A DNA stretch of 56,099 nt from Candidatus Heimdallarchaeota archaeon (GTDB lineage Archaea > Asgardarchaeota > Heimdallarchaeia > JABLTI01), in assembly GCA_019056785.1 (NCBI GenBank), contig DXJV01000095.1, positions 1 to 56,099 of the forward strand, given 5' to 3'. The notes under the pieces are model-generated. The model saw only the letters and a list, made by a program, of their open reading frames with translations. It had not been told where the DNA came from and made no database searches. Each line of letters begins with the position of its first letter. Position 1 is the first letter of the stretch. Below are positions 38,375 through 47,861 of the stretch, piece after piece. The position numbers and the translations under genes were made by a program.

Positions 38375-39619
38375 TTAGATTTTCGCTAATGCTTGATCAA
38401 TGTCTTCAATTAAATCAGCTTTATCCTCAATACCAGTAGATAAACGAACAAAACCCGGATTGATACCCAAAGCTCTTTTTTGCTCTTCCGAGAACTCGAG
38501 GTAAATCATGCTCCCTGAGGCTTGGGCAAGCGATTCGACACTTCCAAGACTACTTGCCCTTTTGATGATTTGGAGCGCATTTAGAAAGTCACCGCCATCT
38601 TTATCACTTTTCCCGACACAGAAACTAACCATCCCACCAAAACCACGCATCTGTTTTTTCGCTAGCTGATGTTGAGGGTGGCTTGGCAATCCAGGATAAA
38701 ATACTTCACGAACTTTTGGGTGGTCCTCTAGAAATTCTGCAAGTGCTTGTGCGTTTTCATTATGTCGCTGCATTCGCAACTCTAATGTTTTAATCCCTCG
38801 AATTGTTAGCCAAGCACTAAAGGGGGACATTACTCCGCCAAAATAAACTGCACTATTCATTATTTCCGCACGCTCTTCAGCAGAAGTAATGACAGCACCA
38901 CCTAAGACGTCAGAATGCCCTCCCAAGTATTTTGTGACACTATGGATAACAATATCCGCACCAAAAACTAATGGATTTTGATTGATTGGACTGGCAAATG
39001 TGTTGTCAAACACAAATTTTATGCCAAAATCCTTTGCAAGCTTCCCAAGAGCTTCGATGTCGCATAATGATAGTGTTGGATTTGTGGGGCACTCCATATG
39101 AAGCAATTTGGTTTTCTTGGAAATTGCTTCTTGCACATTTTCAATTTCTCTTGCATCAACAAACTTCGGGATAAAGCCCCATTTCTTAAAATATTGGTTT
39201 AAGAGATGCCGTGTTCCTGGATAGCACCGATCAGTAACGACAATTTCGTCCCCAGGACATAAATATGTGGCAAAAGTGGTTGCAATGGCAGCCATCCCTG
39301 AGCTAAATCCAATTGCCGCTTCACCTCTTTCCAGGAGAGCAATTTTCTTTTCAAAGGTCTCGCGTGTAGGATTACCATGCCTTGAATAAGCATATCCGGG
39401 TTTTCCATGATAGAAAACATCCGCCCAATCCTGAGCACGTTCATATGCAAAAGTTGTTGAGAAATCAATACTTGTAACAATACCTTTTGTCAATGGATTT
39501 ACTTGCTCTCCAGCATGAACTACTTTTGTTCCTATCCGTTTTCCGAAAGCAGGACTGTCTTTTACAGCAATTTTTTTAATGCCAATACCTTTTGAACTAT
39601 CTTCTCCTTCTTTATTCAT
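38375..39619 (-). CDS. Cys/Met metabolism PLP enzyme (cystathionine gamma-synthase / methionine gamma-lyase family)
   Basis: YSRHGNPT, FSSGMAAI, DNTFASP, HSVTKYLGGHSD, SLGSVESL, VRLSTGIE. Confidence 0.93.
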   Translation of the reverse strand: MNKEGEDSSKGIGIKKIAVKDSPAFGKRIGTKVVHAGEQVNPLTKGIVTSIDFSTTFAYERAQDWADVFYHGKPGYAYSRHGNPTRETFEKKIALLERGEAAIGFSSGMAAIATTFATYLCPGDEIVVTDRCYPGTRHLLNQYFKKWGFIPKFVDAREIENVQEAISKKTKLLHMECPTNPTLSLCDIEALGKLAKDFGIKFVFDNTFASPINQNPLVFGADIVIHSVTKYLGGHSDVLGGAVITSAEERAEIMNSAVYFGGVMSPFSAWLTIRGIKTLELRMQRHNENAQALAEFLEDHPKVREVFYPGLPSHPQHQLAKKQMRGFGGMVSFCVGKSDKDGGDFLNALQIIKRASSLGSVESLAQASGSMIYLEFSEEQKRALGINPGFVRLSTGIEDKADLIEDIDQALAKI

Positions 39620-39750
39620 GAAAAACCACTTCAATATGTTGCCACGCAATAAAGAAAATAAACTTTGTCAGTTTTTTCAGTTCAAAAAAAACAGCTAATT
39701 TAAAAACGGGTACGGAAAAATAGAAATAACCCCTCCCGAGATGAATAGAA

Positions 39751-40299
39751 ATGACATCGCCCGAAAAAGAAGACCGAACAAAGACTCTCTTTGAGTCTCG
39801 TTTCTTATCCATTATTTTAATGATCAGTTTGCTTTTAATGTGCGCGATTTTCCTCGTAGTTACTTGGCAATTGTTTGGCTCAGCCTATACCGTAAGAGTA
39901 GGCATTGCTCTAAGTGCGGGAGCCGGTGGGGGGATTATTCTAACCTTCATTTTGCTCCTGGTTATCAAATCAAAAAAGACAAGCCGCAACATCTTACTCT
40001 ACCTTGTCATTGGATTGCTTTTTGGTTCTCTTGTTGTGTCGCTTATCTTGAAATTCGCTATACCTGACCCAACAAAAAGTGTTTGGGCATTTATTGAAGC
40101 GAGTTCTGTAGGACTGGGGATAACAGCAAGTATCGCATTCACCTATCTTCTATTGGCAATTTTTCGAAGTAAACTGATTTTTGAACCTGAAACATCAGAC
40201 GCTCAAGAGGAGATACAACCAGAAGAGCTTTCCGGAGAAGAAAAAAAGGCGGAATTATCCATTAAGGGAAGCATGAAGAAGAATATAGAGACAGAATAA
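39751..40299 (+). CDS. 4-TM membrane protein
   Basis: Four hydrophobic segments and a charged C-tail. Confidence 0.75.
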   Translation: MTSPEKEDRTKTLFESRFLSIILMISLLLMCAIFLVVTWQLFGSAYTVRVGIALSAGAGGGIILTFILLLVIKSKKTSRNILLYLVIGLLFGSLVVSLILKFAIPDPTKSVWAFIEASSVGLGITASIAFTYLLLAIFRSKLIFEPETSDAQEEIQPEELSGEEKKAELSIKGSMKKNIETE

Positions 40300-40378
40300 T
40301 TTAAAAAACAACCGAAAGAATAAAATGCATTAAATTTGGCAGAATTAGCTAAAATAAAAACATTTGAGGATATTTAAA

Positions 40379-41065
40379 ATGAAACCACAGGCAACTGTAG
40401 AAAGCCCTTCATCGAATTTGCCTCGAAAAGGCAGAGGATTCAGCAAAGAAGAGCTTCTTGCGGCGAAATTTTCCATCAAAGAAGCTCGAGCAGCAGGGCT
40501 CATTGTTGATTTACGTCGCAAGTCAAAATACAAAGAAAATATTGACAAGCTTAAAGATTATAAGAAAGAGTACGAAAACTGGCTGGTAGAAAAAGAAAAA
40601 GAGCGAATTAAACTTCGGAAAATCAATGCCAAAGCACGTAAAGAAGCTGCTCTAAGAAAGAAAGAACTTGCAGTAAAAGAACTTGAACGAGAAAAAGAAA
40701 TCGAAGAAGAAAAGAAGAGAGTTCAAGAGGAAATCGCTAAACGAGAAGCAGAAGAGCTAAAGGCAGAAACCGAAGAAGAATTATCAGAGGAAGAACTGGC
40801 TGAACTCGAGGAATTAGAACAGTCAATTACTGAAGAAACTCCTGCGGAGCCAGCTACAGAAGAAGAAGCACTCGAAAAAATTGAAGAGGATTTAGCTGAG
40901 AGTTTGGGTTTACAACAAGAAGAAAAGCCCAAAGTCGAAGCGACAACAACCACCACAACGGTGACAAAAACGCCCGATGGTGTGAAAAAGGTTGTTAAAC
41001 GCGTTCGAAAGAAACCCACAAAGACAACGAAGGGTGCTTCCGAAAAGGCCGAAAAGAAAGGATAG
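40379..41065 (+). CDS. rpl13e: 50S ribosomal protein L13e with long coiled/acidic extension
   Basis: RKGRGFSKEELLAA, GLIVDLRRKS..ENIDKL; GAGGA SD before ATG 40379. Confidence 0.9.
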   Translation: MKPQATVESPSSNLPRKGRGFSKEELLAAKFSIKEARAAGLIVDLRRKSKYKENIDKLKDYKKEYENWLVEKEKERIKLRKINAKARKEAALRKKELAVKELEREKEIEEEKKRVQEEIAKREAEELKAETEEELSEEELAELEELEQSITEETPAEPATEEEALEKIEEDLAESLGLQQEEKPKVEATTTTTTVTKTPDGVKKVVKRVRKKPTKTTKGASEKAEKKG

Positions 41066-41078
41066 CTTAGTTCGAGTT

Positions 41079-41117
41079 AGAAGGATAAAGAGCCTTCTCC
41101 TTTTTCTCTCTTTTTTT
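41079..41117 (+). terminator. Hairpin plus T-tract terminator after rpl13e
   Basis: AGAAGG(41079-84)/CCTTCT(41093-98) followed by TTTTTCTCTCTTTTTTT. Confidence 0.55.
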
Positions 41118-42480
41118 ATATTGAAACAGTTATTTTTGTTGTGAGAAGATCAGGCACAATGATATTAAATGGTGTCAGAGGAATAGCTTCTTCTTTCAAT
41201 TCTCTCCCAAGAAGTAGCATCGGATCTTCAAGGATTGTATAAATATTCCCTGAAAGATAGCAGGGAAAAATGGGGTTAACAATTTCGCCATTCTTTACTT
41301 CAAAGCCTTCTGTCACTGTTACGACAAAGTCTCCTGTTGAAAAGTTTGCATCCTGCGCACCGGCAACATCTTTAATGTATATCCCACTTGAGAGCCCAGA
41401 AAGTACGTCCTTTTGAGAGCCTTTTTTTACCTGGACAACAAAATTTGATGAAGAAATTGTAGGGGGATAAATATAACTTCTATTATCGATATTCATGAAA
41501 TTTACTCTATAACAATTGCCTGGAAAAGACGTTTGGCTCGAACTGCCAGAACATGCGAAATTCATACCTAATAATCTCCGACATTTCCCCCCTGAGACAA
41601 CAATTCGAGGTTTGCTTGGATAGCCTTCATCATCCCATCCGAAAGTGTTTTGTGCTCCGGGATAAGTAGGGTTATCAATTAGCTGTAGGTTTTTATTAAA
41701 ACGATAAGCTCTGAGAGTGTCCAATGAGACTGTTCCCCCACTATTAAAGAAAGAGGGAAGTAGAGCATAAGCAATTATTTTTGCCACAGCAGAAGGAGCC
41801 AAAATAATTCCGCGAGGGCGGCCAATAGACAAGGGTCTTCGAGATGAAAGAGCTGAGGCATTCTTCAAAGAAGCATTAAAGAGTGCTTGCCAATCTTCTT
41901 CTATTTTTCTCGAAATTAATCGTGCTGTGCCGGTGGTAGGTATACCATTTTCATCAATTGTTGTTGCTAGTGAAACCTTCATTCGTGTGCCTACTTCGCG
42001 TTTCCAAAGCCCTTCTGAATTAGAGATTAATCGTTCTTCCGTTTCAAAAGCAACCGTTCCTTCTAAATTTCTAATTGATGTTTTATCCTCCATCGATGCG
42101 AGAATTTCAATAATCGAGCCACAAGCAGCATCTAATGAAAGGTCAATTAGTCGAGGATCGCGAATGCCTTCGACAGGCGTAATAAATCGTTTATTTACAA
42201 AAGAGTGGTCAACTACTTGATTTGAAGCACGTGCATTTTGCTTTGCCAGCTCAACAACTTCATTAATCCGTTCAGCAGAATTTGAACTCACAAAGCTAAG
42301 CTTATTTTTTACAATTGCCCGAATTCCCACACCTGATTGCTCTTGCTCGATTGTTTGTTTGATTTCTTTCTTGAGGATAACTATTTTCTTCAGGGTTTTT
42401 CGTTGGACAAACACCTCAACAGCATCTATGGCTTCCTTTTCTGCTCTTCGCAGTACTTCTTCTGCAATAATTGCCATCAT
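41116..42480 (-). CDS. pmbA: TldE/PmbA family protein
   Basis: GVGIRAI, ISNSEG, DDEGYP, TGDFVV, GEIVNPI; paired with tldD. Confidence 0.85.
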   Translation of the reverse strand: MMAIIAEEVLRRAEKEAIDAVEVFVQRKTLKKIVILKKEIKQTIEQEQSGVGIRAIVKNKLSFVSSNSAERINEVVELAKQNARASNQVVDHSFVNKRFITPVEGIRDPRLIDLSLDAACGSIIEILASMEDKTSIRNLEGTVAFETEERLISNSEGLWKREVGTRMKVSLATTIDENGIPTTGTARLISRKIEEDWQALFNASLKNASALSSRRPLSIGRPRGIILAPSAVAKIIAYALLPSFFNSGGTVSLDTLRAYRFNKNLQLIDNPTYPGAQNTFGWDDEGYPSKPRIVVSGGKCRRLLGMNFACSGSSSQTSFPGNCYRVNFMNIDNRSYIYPPTISSSNFVVQVKKGSQKDVLSGLSSGIYIKDVAGAQDANFSTGDFVVTVTEGFEVKNGEIVNPIFPCYLSGNIYTILEDPMLLLGRELKEEAIPLTPFNIIVPDLLTTKITVSI

Positions 42481-43925
42481 GAGTTGTTTCGCGCCTCCTT
42501 AAAATCAATCTTTCGCAGTGAACGTTGTTTCGTTGTAGAGATAACATTGATCCTCTTTAACGCCAATTTCGGCGAGATTGCCCCTACCGGAACTAATTGA
42601 CCGTTTTTCCCGCAAAAAGAAGGATAACTTCCCAGAGTTTTGGAAATGCCAACAACATCCCCAAGAACGTGGTACAAATTACCTGTGATCGAAAAACCCA
42701 CTACATAATCACCCAATTCACCGCGCTCAATTTTTCGACCAAATTGAGCATCTAATTGAAAACTCCCGGTAGAAATATCAGCTGTAGCACCAAAAGTATC
42801 ACTAACAAACAACCCACTTCTTGTTGATTCTAAGAGCTCCTCAAAAGAGTGATTCCCAGGTTCGAAGAAAGTGTTACTTTGTCGTACCTCCGGGAGGTTA
42901 AGGGCACTTTCAGCTCGTCCATTGCTTGTTGGAATGGCTTTAGACTCTCCAGCAGTTTCTCGATTTTGCAAAAAGTCAAACAATAAACCATCTTCGATAA
43001 TCAATGTTCCTGAAGCTTTTACACCTTCATCATCAAAATAATATTCACCAAATCCGTTGAAACTTGCATCATCAATAATTGTCACAAGTTCAGAGCCAAT
43101 TTTCGTGCCGATCTTATTCTGAAGTGGTGATAAGCCCTGCTGGATGAGGTCATATTCTACAGCGTGACAAAATTCGTGACAGAGATTCCAACTCATCATT
43201 TCATTCAAAATAACGGGTTGCTCTTTTGGCTTGAGCAATTTAGCTTGAGTGAGGTTTCTCAAAGTTTTAATATAATCAATAAGGAACTCATCAAACTGAT
43301 AAGTTTCAAATTGTTCGAGTCCGCCAACACCACCGAAACCCATGGTTCGAAAAGTCTGGACATTTCCGGCACCTCTCAAGATGGAAGCTAGAAACATACT
43401 TGCGCGTATCAATATTTGCTCGATTTCTATACCTTCTGAGTTCATGAAAATCTTCTGAGTATGTTCCTCGAGTAATTTAATATCAAACATTTTTAGCACA
43501 GGAAGTGCTCCTTTAACACGACTAGAGATTGTGTTTAGAAGCTCAATGCGTTCACTTTGTTCGAGGAATTGGGGATCTTTTTTGCACTTATCGGCAACAC
43601 TTGTTTTCTTTCGAGGTATAGAAGCTATTTTAATTGGTGGGGCACTATTTTGTGCAGCAACCTTTTTTGCTGTTTTAAAAGCGCTCTTTACTAATTGCTT
43701 GATGGATGTTTTATTAAGAGAGGAGCTGGCAGCAAAACCCCAACAATTCTTGTAAAGAACTCGAATACCGACATTCCTTTGGAGGTTAGCATTGACCCCA
43801 CAAGTCTCACTATTTCGCAAGCCGGTTTGATTCGAAAACAAATTCTCTACACGAACGTCTATATAGTCTGCATCGGTTTTTTGTGCGTATTCTATGGCTT
43901 CTATTGCAAATGATTTCAGGCTCAT
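42477..43925 (-). CDS. tldD: TldD family metalloprotease
   Basis: VGIRVL..WGFA, HEFCHAVEYD, FDDEGV, NGRAES, RQSNTF, CGKNGQ. Confidence 0.9.
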   Translation of the reverse strand: MSLKSFAIEAIEYAQKTDADYIDVRVENLFSNQTGLRNSETCGVNANLQRNVGIRVLYKNCWGFAASSSLNKTSIKQLVKSAFKTAKKVAAQNSAPPIKIASIPRKKTSVADKCKKDPQFLEQSERIELLNTISSRVKGALPVLKMFDIKLLEEHTQKIFMNSEGIEIEQILIRASMFLASILRGAGNVQTFRTMGFGGVGGLEQFETYQFDEFLIDYIKTLRNLTQAKLLKPKEQPVILNEMMSWNLCHEFCHAVEYDLIQQGLSPLQNKIGTKIGSELVTIIDDASFNGFGEYYFDDEGVKASGTLIIEDGLLFDFLQNRETAGESKAIPTSNGRAESALNLPEVRQSNTFFEPGNHSFEELLESTRSGLFVSDTFGATADISTGSFQLDAQFGRKIERGELGDYVVGFSITGNLYHVLGDVVGISKTLGSYPSFCGKNGQLVPVGAISPKLALKRINVISTTKQRSLRKIDFKEARNNS

Positions 43926-44015
43926 GCTCTGGCCTCGGCTTCTTTTGACTTCCCTCGTGTAAACATTGTCGTTTTTCCTTTAAAAAAGTAGATGAATTGC
44001 TTAATGATTAAAATA

Positions 44016-44402
44016 TTAGTGAGCAAAATGGTAGGCATAGCGAATAATTGCAAGTGCATCTTTCTTTGCCTTATCAGCATCTTTCAAAGTGAATTTATTT
44101 ATTGGCGTGCCTGTTTGCACACTCTCCAAGTCACGTGCTTCGGTGAAAAAATTGTTTACATTATGGCACGCGGCTTTTACTTCAGTTGGCACAGTATCAT
44201 GCTTGCCTATCAAACGCAAGTGCTTGATTAAATTATCACCATATGTAGACTCATCCTTTTTCGACAGGATGGATTTGAGTGCCGCAGCCGAAGCTTGTTG
44301 CAAAGTGAAACATGCCCAAGAATATTTCTGTTTTTCAATTAAAATATCGGCGATTGCAATTAATTCTTCTGAATATTTTAACCAATCTGTATTTCTAGTC
44401 AT
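44016..44402 (-). CDS. HEPN domain protein (solo)
   Basis: DWLKYSEE..A..L..YSWACFTLQQAS..ALKSIL. Confidence 0.8.
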   Translation of the reverse strand: MTRNTDWLKYSEELIAIADILIEKQKYSWACFTLQQASAAALKSILSKKDESTYGDNLIKHLRLIGKHDTVPTEVKAACHNVNNFFTEARDLESVQTGTPINKFTLKDADKAKKDALAIIRYAYHFAH

Positions 44403-44532
44403 TTTTTTTTCAAAGCCTTTATTCTTCTCATACTATGGATTTTTTTGGAGATCAAAGAAAAAATAAATGAAATAAGGAAGGAAACAAAAAAGGTCTCAAA
44501 CAACCAATTTTGTTCATAACTATTAATTGCTT

Positions 44533-44943
44533 TTATCGATAGGATTTCTGATAACGTGCTCTTGCTCCTGGACCACCGGTCTTCTTGATTTCCTTTCGAC
44601 GTGAATCGGCAATTAGAATCGAACGGTCATAATGCATGTATTTATTGCGGAGTTCAGGGTCCTGGGTCCATTGGACAAGGGCACGACCAATCGCTGTTCG
44701 AGCAGCATTTGCTTGGCTGATTACTCCACCACCACGAATATTAACAGTAATGTCTATTTGTTTGATGACATCTTCACCGGCTAAAACAAGTGGTTCTTGC
44801 ATCTTCATTCGAGCCAATTCAGAAGGATAGATCTCGAGTGGAATGGAATTAACGCGAATACGTCCTTTACCAGGCTTTGTCGTTGCTCGAGCAACAGCAG
44901 TTTTTCGTTTCCCTGAAGTTAACACTATTCGTTTTGTTGTCAT
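44533..44943 (-). CDS. rps9: 30S ribosomal protein S9
   Basis: GKRKTAVARA, GGGVISQA, GPGARARYQKSYR. Confidence 0.97.
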   Translation of the reverse strand: MTTKRIVLTSGKRKTAVARATTKPGKGRIRVNSIPLEIYPSELARMKMQEPLVLAGEDVIKQIDITVNIRGGGVISQANAARTAIGRALVQWTQDPELRNKYMHYDRSILIADSRRKEIKKTGGPGARARYQKSYR

Positions 44944-44968
44944 TTTTTCTCACCTTTACCATTCAAGT

Positions 44969-45427
44969 CTACAATGTCGGATCCTTTGCCGGGTCATAAT
45001 TCCAACCCAGTTGTTTGCACAACTCACCAACGGTAATTTTCTTTCGAGAGAGTTTTGCAGAGTCAGCTTCTGGTATTTTAATTAGTTTAGCTTTTTCGAA
45101 TTCCTTTGGAATAGCAATATGGCATTTTAAGCGGTGATATGCTTCTTTTCCTCTGGGTTTCTTGTAAGGGAGCATTCCACGAATTGTTCTTCGAACAAAG
45201 CGGTCTGGTCGACGGTAATGGAACGGTCCACGAAGAGGGTTGTATTTACTTCGAATCTCTAATTTTGCTTTATAATCTCGAATAGTCGATTCTGGCTGCC
45301 CAGAGATGACCATTTTCTCGACATTAACAAGGTCAATAGTCTCGCCTGCAAGCAAACGTTTGGCAATATGTGTGGACAGTCTGCCAAGAATGGCTCCTTC
45401 GGCATTGATAATTACATGGTTTGACAT
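44969..45427 (-). CDS. rpl13: 50S ribosomal protein L13
   Basis: ILGRLST, GPFHYRRPD, RTIRGMLPYK. Confidence 0.97.
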   Translation of the reverse strand: MSNHVIINAEGAILGRLSTHIAKRLLAGETIDLVNVEKMVISGQPESTIRDYKAKLEIRSKYNPLRGPFHYRRPDRFVRRTIRGMLPYKKPRGKEAYHRLKCHIAIPKEFEKAKLIKIPEADSAKLSRKKITVGELCKQLGWNYDPAKDPTL

Positions 45428-45450
45428 TTGTTTTTTTCAACTCCTAAGGC

Positions 45451-45822
45451 TTATGCCAAAATCCGTATTTTCTGGAGTTCTGACGCTGGCAATTTCAGCA
45501 GCTCTTGTAAGGAAAGAACTTTCCCGCCAGCTTTTACGATTTTCGCTTCAGCAACTTCGCTAAAGTTCAAAGCAGCAATAGTATAGCTGCCCTTAATCTC
45601 TCCTGATGCAAGCACCTTACCAGGAATAACAACAAGCTCATCGCTCTTGGCGTAACGACTGATTTTACTCAGATTGACCACCGGTCGTTGCCGTCTTGGC
45701 TTGGCTAATTTTTTGGAGAGAACAGTCCAAAAAGAGTGCTTCTTATCAGCAGCACCTTTTTTCCGCAAGTCGCGTATAAGTGCGACAGTATTAGGATCTG
45801 ATGGCCCTGTTGGTTTTGGCAA
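45451..45822 (-). CDS. rpl18e: 50S ribosomal protein L18e
   Basis: PRRQRPVVNLSKI, VIPGKVLASG, FSEVAEAKI. Confidence 0.96.
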   Translation of the reverse strand: MPKPTGPSDPNTVALIRDLRKKGAADKKHSFWTVLSKKLAKPRRQRPVVNLSKISRYAKSDELVVIPGKVLASGEIKGSYTIAALNFSEVAEAKIVKAGGKVLSLQELLKLPASELQKIRILA

Positions 45823-45879
45823 TTACTCACAATCCTCCAAAAGATTGATTCATTTTAGATTTTTTAAATTCTCTTTCAA

Positions 45880-46710
45880 TTATTTTTTCTTCTGATATTT
45901 ATCAAGTGCAACTCGATATTCTTCCTCGAACTCTTTGGCCTTCTTTTTGAGGATTTCGATAGCTTTTCGAAAAGCATCCATTGGGGTAATAGCCCCAGAG
46001 GTTTCAAGAAAGAAGATAAAGTCGCCTTCAACATGTCCCATCTTCAGTGAATCAAATGTGCATGCTTTGGTACACAAATCACAGAGGAGACATTCTAAGG
46101 GGTCTGTTAAAGTTACCACTTTTTTAGATAAGGATAAAATATTCTTGGGACAGGCATCAACACATTCAAAGCAGCCCGTACATTTCGAAACGTCTTGAAC
46201 AACTTTCGGGTAATAACGATAACTACAAGTGACTGCTGGAGACCACTTGGCATGTTCACGCCCACGACCCATCATAGCAATGGCTTCCAAGCGGATCTTC
46301 TGCCCGGGGCCGAGTTTTGCGATGGGAATTTTGTCAGAGACAGGAACAATTTTCGGGTCCTCTGAAAGTAAGTCCTTGGAATAGACCATGCGCGTTTCAT
46401 TAAGGTCCGCTTCAACCTCGAGGGTAAGCGCTGCTGAACAGAACTGACACCCTTCACCTCCACAGTTTTCACATTCGGAGGTAACAGTAAATTCGTCGAT
46501 AGGTGTGGTAAGAGGGATAAGTCCTAACCGCAGAGCAATCATTTCGTCCAAAATAGGGGAGGTATTTTCAACGAGAATGATATCTTCGATTGCCAATGTT
46601 GGTACCTCTGAGATTATAGTTCTACGCAAAGCATTTACAAAGGTATGAGTGGTTCCGTGAATAATGAAACGGAGCTTGTTATCCTTATTTTCAATGACCT
46701 CAATTTCCAT
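45880..46710 (-). CDS. rpoD: RNA polymerase subunit Rpo3/RpoD with Fe-S domain
   Basis: NALRRTIISEVPTLAI, RLGLIPL, HAKWSP, two CxxCxxCxxxC motifs. Confidence 0.97.
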   Translation of the reverse strand: MEIEVIENKDNKLRFIIHGTTHTFVNALRRTIISEVPTLAIEDIILVENTSPILDEMIALRLGLIPLTTPIDEFTVTSECENCGGEGCQFCSAALTLEVEADLNETRMVYSKDLLSEDPKIVPVSDKIPIAKLGPGQKIRLEAIAMMGRGREHAKWSPAVTCSYRYYPKVVQDVSKCTGCFECVDACPKNILSLSKKVVTLTDPLECLLCDLCTKACTFDSLKMGHVEGDFIFFLETSGAITPMDAFRKAIEILKKKAKEFEEEYRVALDKYQKKK

Positions 46711-46730
46711 GATTGATCACAGCATACTCT

Positions 46731-46788
46731 TTTTGTCCTAGGAATACTTCTATTAGAAAATAGGACAAAAGTTTATTGATACGTATCA
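46731..46788 (-). promoter_or_regulatory. Putative structured leader/operator of rpoD-rpl18e-rpl13-rps9
   Basis: Perfect 10-bp inverted repeat (46731-40/46761-70) and 12-bp palindrome TGATACGTATCA (46777-88). Confidence 0.45.
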
Positions 46789-46910
46789 CTTCTCGAATGT
46801 TTATAAACCACTTATAAAGTTTTTTAAGCCAATGAGGTTTAAGATACCACACCTAACAAACCAATTATTTAGGAGTTTGTTGTTTTCTCCCACATGGAGA
46901 TGATAAGCAC

Positions 46911-47444
46911 ATGCGAGGACTGATTGTCGGACGATTTCAACCATTTCATAAAGGGCATTTAGAGGCAATAAAATTCATTCTCTCAGAATGTGATGACCTA
47001 ATCGTCATCATTGCCGCGTCACAGCAGAGCCATCTTCCAGCAAATCCCTTCACTGCCGGAGAACGGTATGATATGATTCATCAATCCCTTGTTGATGAAT
47101 TATCAGACATAACTCGAGTGATAATTGTCCCGGCAAATGACATTAAAGACAATGGGCTTTGGGTTGCGCATATCCTCCGACTCGTGCCAAAATTTGATAT
47201 TGTTTATAGTAACAACCCTCTAATAAGGTATCTTTTTGCTCAAGGAGGAAAGGAAACTCGACAAACACCCTTATTTGAACGAAAAGAATATAGTGCTGCT
47301 CACATTAGGAAATTAATCTGGGAAGGAAATGACGGCTGGAAAAAACTGGTTCCAAAATCCGTTGTAAAAATTATCGAAGAAATAGATGGTGTAAAACGGC
47401 TCCAAATTATTAATGCCACTGATGAGCATCAAGAAAAATCATGA
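46911..47444 (+). CDS. nadM: Nicotinamide-nucleotide adenylyltransferase
   Basis: GRFQPFHKGH, NPFTAGER, YSNNPL. Confidence 0.95.
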   Translation: MRGLIVGRFQPFHKGHLEAIKFILSECDDLIVIIAASQQSHLPANPFTAGERYDMIHQSLVDELSDITRVIIVPANDIKDNGLWVAHILRLVPKFDIVYSNNPLIRYLFAQGGKETRQTPLFERKEYSAAHIRKLIWEGNDGWKKLVPKSVVKIIEEIDGVKRLQIINATDEHQEKS

Positions 47445-47803
47445 CGAAAACGGTTTAAATCCACCTTCCCATTCTCAACTTCAATGCCTTCTTCTTGTAA
47501 TAGTTTGATTTTTTCAGCAACCCCTCCCAGTGCACCTCCTCTAAAATTGCCTATAGAACCATCAGATTTGATAACACGGTGACAAGGGATTCGTGGCGCA
47601 CAAACATTTCGGCGCATTGCTGTCCCCACTGCACGGGAAGCTTTTGGCGAATAAGCGTTATTTCGTTTTGCCAGCTCTTTTGCCAAATCACTATAAGTTG
47701 TCACTTTTCCTTTTGGCACCTTGGTCAATAAACGAAGAACAGCCTGCTGATATGGGCTAAGAGTAATCAGTTTTTGTTCATCTTCCGGAGATAATTCCAC
47801 CAT
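47429..47803 (-). CDS. ogt: Methylated-DNA-protein-cysteine methyltransferase (C-terminal domain only)
   Basis: GKVTTYSDLA, SRAVGTAM, IPCHRVI. Confidence 0.9.
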   Translation of the reverse strand: MVELSPEDEQKLITLSPYQQAVLRLLTKVPKGKVTTYSDLAKELAKRNNAYSPKASRAVGTAMRRNVCAPRIPCHRVIKSDGSIGNFRGGALGGVAEKIKLLQEEGIEVENGKVDLNRFRHDFS

Positions 47804-47861
47804 CTTTATTCAAGAAGTAATGAATTTCTTTGAAAATAAAGGTTCTCTAGATTCTAATATC

